From the NCBI GenBank assembly GCA_963796965.1, contig CAWCNS010000011.1:192001-256000 (forward strand): 64,000 nucleotides of DNA, read 5' to 3'. The DNA comes from Calditrichia bacterium. GTDB lineage: Bacteria > Calditrichota > Calditrichia > JAJRVZ01. The notes beneath the pieces were generated by a model that was given only the letters and a program-made list of their open reading frames with translations, made no database searches and was not told the origin of the DNA. Shown one piece after another: positions 55,987-64,000 of this stretch; the first letter of the stretch is position 1, and every line of letters begins with the position of its first letter. Made by a program: the position numbers and the translations under genes.

Positions 55987-56990
55987 CTATCGAATTAACA
56001 TCATTCGTTTTGTTTGCTTAAAGTCACTGGCCGCGATCTGGTAAAAATAAACCCCCGTACTCATAGCGAGTCCGGTATCATTCTTACCATCCCAATCAAC
56101 CTCATATACCCCGGCACTCATTCTGCTATCGACAAGGGTACGTACCCGCTGGCCAAGATTGTTATAAATTGTTAAAGAGACATTGTCTGTTGCGGGGATA
56201 CTAAATTTTAATTTTGTGGATGGATTAAATGGATTAGGATAATTTTGATTTAATTCATATGATGTCGGCAAACCCACTGATAAATAGTCGGTAATAGCGG
56301 TTGGAGAGCGAATATCAGTAAAATTAGTATTGTGTGTAAATCCCAGGATATAATTTCCAGTTGTATTTGTAAATACTTCCCTCCAGGCATGATCTGTCGG
56401 TGGCGCATCATAGGACTTATTTCCATTATGATCTGCATAAAAATCAACCTGATAGCTTTTACCCGTATCAATGCCAAATATAGCCTATAGAAAAATCTGC
56501 AGCAAATAATTCGTCAATGCGCACCATCTCTTTTTCACTGTCATCACCCTGTTCAAAAAGTTTCAGCTCAAAAAGACTGACCATCATGCGGGTCCATTCC
56601 TTCAAACTGAACAGTCAAGACATCGTCATGAGAACTACCTGTATCCCCCGGATTGCGTACCCGGTCCAGAATTCCCGGTGCAGAACTTCCAGATGTCCAT
56701 AAAGCATTGGCATCCTGCAACTCTACGCCATTGGGAATACCATCCCCATCAGAATCCAATCTTGCCAGAGCATAACGCCATATTACATCCCCATTACTAT
56801 CAAGATTTGCCCCAACGGCTTTTCCGAAATCATTTCGAGCCCCGCCTCCGGCGGGATTGGTATGGCAGGTAGCACATTTATTGACATCACCATTGGGTAT
56901 TTGCGCCACCCTCTTAAACCTTGCCCATGTAATATCAGAGCCAAACAAAAGCATAACAATAAGTGAAAATAAAGTAAATGATTTAAACAT
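55987..56990 (-). CDS. Secreted CxxCH protein with a temptin-like N-terminal domain and FlgD-type sorting domain; 2-3 frameshifts
   Basis: IPNG..CATCH..GGGARNDFG..W..DSDGDG..NG.EL; the middle reads FYADHNGN.SYDAPPTDHAW; QNYPNPFNP CTD. Confidence 0.72.
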
Positions 56991-57014
56991 AGTTCCCCCT
57001 TTAGATTGTTTTAG

Positions 57015-57199
57015 TTAATTATTCTTTGTTGATAACTTCAATGGTACATAAATCGGACACCAACTTATCATTGACGTTAATAATGGAATAAACCCAACCC
57101 CACCCCACCAGTTTTGATAATAGATTCCAACAGCGAGTATAATGATTCCGACAATCGATCTGAGAATTCGATCGACCTTGCCCATATTCTTTTTTTCAT
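57015..57199 (-). CDS. DUF2892 (YgaP-like) small membrane protein
   Basis: NMG.VDR..R...G...WCPIY..L..ST motif. The likely ATG at 57199 is out of frame because of a homopolymer indel. Confidence 0.8.
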
Positions 57200-57252
57200 A
57201 AAATCCTCCTTTAATTAAATATATAATAATACAAAGCCCTATCCTCGTCTTA

Positions 57253-57268
57253 TACAACTCCTGTGCCG
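57253..57268 (-). promoter_or_regulatory. sigma54 -24/-12 promoter facing the DUF2892/CxxCH operon
   Basis: CGGCAC-AGGAG-TTGTA, about 55 bp upstream of the start. Confidence 0.5.
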
Positions 57269-57497
57269 AAGAATGTTCTCTGTCGTAAGATATTGTTTAT
57301 ATTTTAATTATGAGTGTTTTCTTTTTTGTCTGAAATAAAAATACTTAGAATGAGTGCATGGCGTGCACGCCTCAGTGCAGTGAATGCTCAGCAGAATATC
57401 GGTAAACATAAAGGATTAAAACCTGATAAATATATGTTAACATATTGACTAACAAGGATAGATCATTATATTCATTTAAAAAACCAGGAAGAAGATC

Positions 57498-58319
57498 ATG
57501 ACGGACCTTCCAGATTTAATTCAGACTATTCCCTTACAGAAGATCAAATAGAGGACTATCAGCGCAATGGTGTAATCTTACTCCGCCAGGTATGCACTGA
57601 GAAGAAGATAAAGTTACCGTCAAAATATTTCCTCAATGGTTCAGGAATATTCGAAGAAACAAAGAAAATTATCAGAACGTGATACTTACGGTAAGGCTTT
57701 TCTGCAAATCGGAAATCTTTGGCAATTTGATGAAGTTATAAAAAAATTTATTTTTGCAGAACGGTTTGCAAAAATTGCCGCGCAACTTTCACAATCTTCT
57801 GCTATTCGTTTTTATCATGATCAGGCTTTATATAAAGAGAGTAGCGGTGGCTATACACCCTGGCATCAGGATCAGTATTACTGGCCATTAAATACAAACC
57901 AGTCTATTACCATGTGGATGCCCCTGGTTGCGGCATCTGAAGATATGGGAACGATGAGTTTCGCCGCCGGCTCACATAAAAAGGGCTATATTAAGGAGAT
58001 GGAAATATCTGATCAGTCTGAGCAATTTTACAATAAATATGTTTATGACAGCGGATTTGAAATATTTTATTCCGGAGATCTACAGGCCGGGGATGCCACT
58101 TTTCACAACGGTTGGACACTGCATAAGGCCGGACCAAATTTAACCAATAATCTTCGTGAAGTTATGACCATGATCTATTTCCCGGATGGCACGACATTAA
58201 TGAAACCAGATCATCAGAATCGCCAGAATGACTTTGATAATTTTTTTCCGGGGATGAAGGCGGGTGAAATGGCCGCAAACGAGTTAACACCGGTTCTTTA
58301 TCCGCAAAAACCGGAATAA
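57498..58319 (+). CDS. Phytanoyl-CoA dioxygenase (PhyH)-family Fe(II)/2OG oxygenase; 5' frameshifts
   Basis: TPWHQD, GDATFH, LHKAGPN..R motifs; N-terminal LTEDQIEDYQRNG reads upstream of ORF 57636. Confidence 0.85.
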
Positions 58320-58323
58320 GTAT

Positions 58324-58492
58324 TTACCCCCTTCTCTGAAATAACGTATAGATAAACGGACGTAGATTTCCAGAGGGTTGGATATAGTCATAGTCCTGAG
58401 AATTTGGGGATGTCTTCATACCAACCCAGATTCTGTCTGAAATTTGACGCGTAAATATTATCCCAATGATCTTCTTCAGATGCTTTCAGCAT
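58324..58492 (-). pseudogene. Internally deleted class I SAM-methyltransferase remnant
   Basis: MLKASEEDHWDNIY...GWYEDIP is followed directly, in another frame, by YIQPSGNLRPFIYTLFQR*; the SAM-binding core is missing. Confidence 0.55.
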
Positions 58493-58821
58493 ATTATATG
58501 ACTCGCAATAAATTGATTATTAATCTGTTTGTAAAACAGGGCGTGAAGATCTCTATCAACTGCATGCAGAGCCAGAAAAGGCTTTCTGCACTAACAGAGA
58601 GTTTTTTTAGTTTAATTATATAATCTATAAATACTTCACATGGAGGTGTAAAGTCACAGTGTTTGTAAGAATACGAAAAAAAAACAATTTAAAGCTAAGT
58701 ATACGATCATGTTTAATCTTATATTTTAAAATCTAATTCTTTGTCATTTTTCTTTTTTCTTTTGTCTTATATTTTTATGCGTCTCTGCGTCTTTGCGAGA
58801 TAAATTCTTCTAAACGTCTAC

Positions 58822-59999
58822 CTAAAAGGCCTCTTCCATGCCAAAATATATACCCGATGTCCCCTTGCCAAAACCAATATCCACACGGAGATTGATTTTC
58901 TTTTCTTCGTTAAATAAAAATCGTAAGCCAGCACCATAAGTCGGCTTCATCCGTGTGATATCAAAACTGGTTATATCGGAGGCTACATCACCAAAACCGG
59001 CAAACACAACAAATCCCATCCGCCACCAGAAATACTGCCGGTATTCTAATTGAGTAGACAGGTAGTTTTTGTCCCGGTAGCGCCCCATAAAGTAGCCCCG
59101 CATTACTTGCTTTCCGCCAAGTGTAGGATATTTAAAGAAAGGTGCCTCTCCCCCAATATTCTGAAAAAATAGTTGCATGGCTAATACATGATCTTCAGAA
59201 AACGACCAATAACGCCTGGCATTCACCTCTAGCCAGGAAAAAGTGTAATCGCTGCCCAGGTCATTACTATAAACAATAAATTTTACTGTTGTGTATCCAC
59301 CCCGATTGGGAAAAAAAAGATTATCCCGTTTATCCCAGATATAGCTCACCCCAATACCGGAAATAATTCCCCCTTCCTTTCCCGTGATGGGTTTTTCAGA
59401 GTTTAAGTAGGGATTTTCTTTGGTGTCTGTAACATGATAATCACGATATTCGTAAATAAATCCGGTACGTGTTGCAATGAAATTAGCGGAGGCACCTGAA
59501 AGTCCAGCAACCCACCTGCATTTGTAATGACATATTCCGCATTATCTATCTCCGGCGTATCATTCCCTATACCATAATAACGGTCGACAATATTAGAAAA
59601 GTTTATTTTAAAAAAGAGGGCTCTTTTATTTCTCGCAAAAAACATTTCTGACTCAAATTCAATTTGATAAGATTTAATAGTAGAATAAAAACCATACAGC
59701 AATACTTTGGAAGGATTTAATAACCTCTCACGCGCCATATAAAAAGTAACGATCCCCCCTGCCCCAAAGGCAAACTGTGTTTCAGGCGTATAATAAGCAA
59801 AGGGATAACCATTGAGAGTGGGTTTAAAAAAATTAGTCGTATCGTTTTTACTTTTCGTTGATAGTGAGGGATATCCATCAAACACAGGATTTAGAATACC
59901 CGTTGTATCAGACTTGGTTTGTGCGTAGATAGGTGTAAGCACAATCATACTTAGCAAAGCAATTAAAATTGGTTCTTTAATCATGATTATTTTTTTCAT
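58822..59999 (-). CDS. Omp85/BamA-TamA-like barrel-only outer-membrane protein; frameshift near 59470
   Basis: YTPET.FAFG, LGG...MRGY..GRYRD, GAGLR, NLRVDIGFG...EAF motifs. Confidence 0.82.
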
Positions 60000-60007
60000 A
60001 TATGGGA

Positions 60008-60364
60008 TCATAAGTGTACAGTTAAGGTTTTGATATGTATTAATAAACACCGGAATAGCATTTTAACCACAGAGTTGCCCCCGTGAATAGGGGCAGGCCG
60101 GAGTTTCACGGAGTTTCTATAAAATCTAAAAACATTCTTTAACAATACTGTCCATTTCTCAGCTCGATGATCCTGATCCGTACTTTTTTGACCATCCGCG
60201 ATTGTATAAACAAGGTAGAAGCCTGTTTTGACCGCTGGCAACTTATCCTGTAGTTTTGGATGTTGGAGGAGGACATTATGTGTAGCACAGGCTGAGAGGA
60301 ACAGTATGACACATAGAATCGAGAATATGTGCGACTTTGAATAACTTTGATTTTTCATTGTCAT
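60008..60364 (-). pseudogene. Probable truncated lipoprotein gene running into a repeat
   Basis: Good lipoprotein signal (FLSAC); the C-terminal third translates the repeat at 60064-60117. Confidence 0.35.
60064..60117 (+). repeat. CAC(A/G)GAG-type periodic arm with a hairpin-CAGGC insert
   Basis: taaccacagagtt-[gcccccgtgaataggggcaggc]-cggagtttcacggagtttc. Confidence 0.6.
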
Positions 60365-60381
60365 AATATTTTAACCATTTA

Positions 60382-60646
60382 AGATCCTGAAATGAATTCA
60401 GGATGACTATACCCAGTCATTCCGAACTTATTTCGGAATCCCTTTTCATATTTAGATCCTGAAATCCCGAATCCCTGAATCCCTGAAACAAGTTCAGGGC
60501 AGGCAAGTTCAGGGCAGGCAAGTTCAGGATAACCATACACTGTGAGTCATTCCGAATTTGTTTCGGAATCTTTTTCTACTAGGATAGATCCTGAAATGAA
60601 TTCAGGATGACGACACTATAGTCATTCCGAATTTATTTCGGAATCT
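60382..60646. repeat. BIME-like array of six alternating 26-nt palindromic units (B-A-B-A-B-A)
   Basis: B = agatcctgaaatgaattcaggatgac (60382; 60454 with inserts; 60586). A = gtcattccgaa(c/t)tt(a/g)tttcggaatc (60416, 60546, 60621). Confidence 0.92.
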
Positions 60647-60677
60647 ACTTAAGTTTATATCATGAGTTCAAAACACT

Positions 60678-60965
60678 TCAATACAAGTCAGGTTTTAAAT
60701 CCCTCATTTCAGGATTCGTACGCTTAATGAGGTTAATTTTCCATTCTCGGTGCCAGTTTTTCAACTGTTTCTCTCGTAATATTGCCTGTTTTATATCAAG
60801 AAAATATTCAAAATACACCAGATCTTCCAATTTGTATCTATGTACAAACTGGGATCCAATCTCATTATGGTGCTCGGCTATTCTCCGCACTAAATCATTC
60901 GTAACGCCTATATAAAAAGTGGTGCGATTCTTATTGGACATAATGTAAATGTAAGCGTTTTTCAT
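60678..60965 (-). CDS. Stand-alone GIY-YIG nuclease
   Basis: YIYIM...FYIGVTNDL.RR..EH, REKQLK.W.R.WK..LI...NP motifs. Confidence 0.92.
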   Translation of the reverse strand: MKNAYIYIMSNKNRTTFYIGVTNDLVRRIAEHHNEIGSQFVHRYKLEDLVYFEYFLDIKQAILREKQLKNWHREWKINLIKRTNPEMRDLKPDLY

Positions 60966-61039
60966 AGATAAGAGATTTTACAACTAAATAATATGACGAT
61001 TTTATCTATGATTAATATAGCAAATATTATACCATACAG

Positions 61040-61142
61040 AGATCCTGAAATGAATTCAGGATGACGACACTCAAGTCATTCCGAACTTGTTTCGGAATCT
61101 TTTTTTTACTGGCATGAGATCCTGAAATGAATTCAGGATGAC
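61040..61142. repeat. BIME-like array of three units (B-A-B) upstream of the GIY-YIG gene
   Basis: B at 61040 and 61117, A at 61075. Confidence 0.92.
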
Positions 61143-61165
61143 AGAGATTCCAAATTCCCAATCTC

Positions 61166-62887
61166 TTACCACACACCAGCCCCTATCTCAAATACATAGG
61201 TCAGTTCATCAATCTTCATAAAACCCCGGTTTTTGATTCCAAACCGTACTCCCCATAAATCAGCAAAACAGAGAGAAATTTTAGCGGCGAGTATTTAACG
61301 TTTCCCCGTAATTTTACCCCGGTCTCAAACACAAAATCCGTGCGCTCTTCTACTGTAGTCACGCCATCCACTTCAAGATCATATTTATCGCGTTCCACAC
61401 CCAATGAGAAGTAAGGATCGAGGAATCGTGAAGCAGAAGGCGTATACAATAAATTCCATCCCACATCCCGCCAATCTTTATCCTGGAGATAAATTCTGTT
61501 TACCAACCATCCCCCAATCAGAGGCGCCTCAACATTTTTGACAATCAATAGCGGAAAACTAAAACTGATACCCCACTGGGAATTATCCAGACGTGCAGCA
61601 ATGGCTAATGAATTGATAAAATTTTCCGCCTCCCACCAATTAAAAAATTTCTGAGTGGTTGAAGAAATCTCTTTTATAACTGGCCAGTCTGGATACCATA
61701 GCCGCTCATATCCTTGGCCAAAACTTTATCAGGAAGTGCTTGATCTGCTGCTGGCATGGGCCGCAGTTCATAAATCGCATTATTTGGGGAATACACCCCA
61801 TCTTCCTCATACTTTTTCCGGTGCGGACTATTAGCCGGTAGAGGTGGCATAACTTTATATTCGGAGCCTTCGCACTTTTGCCATCCAGGCCTCAAACTGA
61901 GCAGAAAACAATTCACCCGTCCGAATCACATCACGTAATCCCCAGGCATCATTGGTGCGGACATTGACATCGTAACCAGGCGTGTAATACCCATCCCCAT
62001 TCATATCAGTAATACTGGCATGTTTGCCTTCTTCAACCAGAATATGAAAAGGTAGTTCTAACTCAATATTTAAATTATCCGTGTTAACTTTGTAGATATT
62101 ATCATACCAGGATAAAGCATGTGCTTTCGCAGTGGCCTGAAGCAGATATAATTGGTAATGATACAATATCCAGACTATCCGTATAGGTATGTACATATAC
62201 TTTGAATTGGGCTTGTTCCGTGTCATGATTATGCTTACCTAATCCAACTTCAAATTTGTAATAATGATTATAGTCGATATCAAGTCCAACAACCCTTCGT
62301 AAATCTAAAATAGATTTATTGATATCATTTGGATTATGTTTAAAAGCCTTCGCTCGAATCTGCATTCACCAGAATCTCTCGAACCTGATAGTAAACAACC
62401 GGTGAATCAACCTGGTTGTTCAAAGGGAAATGAGGTAGGAATCTGGATATCTTTACCCTCTTTATTCCCTAATTCAGGTTCGTCTAGACGAAAACCAAAA
62501 AATCGGCGCACAATACGCTGCCAGTTCATCCATATACATAAATGGTTTGGTCCCCTCCCAGAAAACAATAAATTTCATCTCCTGTTCATTTGCTTTGTTA
62601 TCCGCATTCTCGGCATTATAGGATTGCTTCATCAGCAAATAATATTAGGATCGTATAAACTATCCAGAATCCATTACCATGATTCATCAAAAACCATTCA
62701 TCCATTGATTGATCAGCGCTCTAAGTACACATTTGAATTTGTCCTTTACCGTAAAAGGTATTAATTGAATTACGATACAAACAATAACAAATATCTGGAT
62801 ATAAGCATAACATGAGATCTCAATATATTTTAATTCTATAAAAATCATAAAGATATATTGAAAAATGGAAAGAGAGGTAACATTCAC
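61166..62887 (-). CDS. Large hypothetical protein, multiply frameshifted; 5' end uncertain
   Basis: Consecutive fragments (API.WFS.DEP, ILVEEGKHAS.TDMNGDGYYTPGYD, WNLLYTPSASRF, ...FEIGAGVW*) in ORFs 62102-62365, 61855-62226, 61674-61916 and 61216-61548. Confidence 0.55.
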
Positions 62888-62984
62888 CTTTTAAATTGAG
62901 GATCTACCTGTACCCCACCTGCTGAATCCGCACTTTTAAATTCTCCCTGATTGACCTTAGGCCAATTGTTTATTTTTGTCTCGA

Positions 62985-64000
62985 TTAATTGGTCTTTGGT
63001 GGTTTTTTAGTTTTTTACTGGATGGGGACTTTGTTATGGAATTAATGATGGGATCGTCGGCCATCATACCCACAAATCTCTTTGTGGACGGGGTGTCTGT
63101 ATTCCCTTTGCTGTAATGGCATCATGCACTCCCAAGGCGATTTCTGTTTTCGCTTTAAAAAACGCACTCGTAGGAATCCAGTAATAGAGAGAAAAGTCAA
63201 GAAAATTATCACCAAAACCATTAAACACAGCGAAGGGCTCCGGTGAATTAAGTACATCTTCATGTTCTGTGCCACTTTTTCCAATATCTTCAGCACCTCA
63301 TGAGGATTATTACCAAATGCCACTTTAACAGGCAGCAGCATCCTTCTCTGCATGTCCAATAAGGTCCAGTTGGTTACTTTATTGGAGATGAGGTCCGAAT
63401 TAGGAATAATAGCATCAGAGCCATCAAATGTTCGAACTGTACTGGCATTGACCCCGATTTCTTTTACATTACCCAACACATCCTGATATTGAACGGTATC
63501 GCCTACTCTGATTGCCCTCCCAAAAGCGATGATTAGACTGGAGATAAAATTTGCAACAATTTTTTGTAATCCAAAACCAAGACCAACACCAAGGGCTCCC
63601 GCCAGGATTCCAAATTTTCCCAAATCAATTCCAAGTGAGGATAATGCCAAGAAATATTCCCAGGCAACCAAGGTATACCGAACCATCATATTGATACGCT
63701 GAAGGAAGCCCTTTTGGCAATTTCATTCGTGGGAATATTTCCATATCCATAAAGAATGCGAATCACCTTAACAAGGATGAAGGTAATGATAAGAACGAGA
63801 ATAAAATCAACAATAGCATCAATGGAAATAACAACAGTACCAACCGTCCAGGTTATTTCACGTAGTTCTGCGAACCAGGATTTAAGTGGAACCAGGAGCC
63901 CAAAGACATTCAGAGTGGCCCGGATCCAGATATATCCTCCGATTATGGTGATTGTATATCTGGCCCAACGCTCCAGGTTAAAGGCATAGGTTTTAACAAA
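62985..64000 (-). CDS. MscS-family (MscK-like) mechanosensitive channel, 3' part, frameshifted
   Basis: GALGVGLGFGLQ.IVANF.S, IRVGD, IIPNS.LIS..VTNWT motifs. The end coordinate is approximate. Confidence 0.82.

Noticed and set aside
60382..61142. CRISPR or other guide-RNA array
   Set aside because: Units alternate in orientation, spacers are only about 8-16 nt and resemble each other (gacactata/gacactcaa), and no cas-like gene is present; a REP/BIME fits better.

Overview
AT-rich bacterial DNA whose gene content (many NYPNPFNP-type C-terminal sorting domains, PorV-family barrel, TonB receptor) suggests a Calditrichota/KSB1/Ignavibacteriota-like FCB lineage; this is inference from gene types only. 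About 20 genes, including housekeeping proB, are broken by small indels, most likely long-read consensus errors, so split ORFs are merged here. Contents: (1) 2-24 kb, a co-oriented minus-strand locus with a TonB receptor, PorV-like barrel and lipoproteins, three exported tandem-OB-fold proteins, EEP nucleases/phosphatases, a metallophosphoesterase and a MazG-like NTP pyrophosphatase, a candidate extracellular nucleic-acid utilisation locus. (2) A DUF3179 gene with an in-frame UGA and a SECIS-like hairpin (probable selenoprotein). (3) Carbohydrate-active genes, a DoxX fusion, PilZ, proBA, a GH2 beta-galactosidase and mntP. (4) A sigma54 activator/Ser-Thr kinase cassette flanked by two heme-c protein operons that share -24/-12 promoters and a GTGCA-N5-TGC motif. 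(5) Many small repeats: a GxxExxY nuclease gene enclosed by 59-bp inverted repeats, a GIY-YIG gene inside a BIME-like array of GTCAT-headed palindromes, geneless periodic inverted doublets, and short hairpin modules nested in other repeats. No rRNA, tRNA, CRISPR array or canonical transposase was recognised. All family assignments are by eye; no searches were run.
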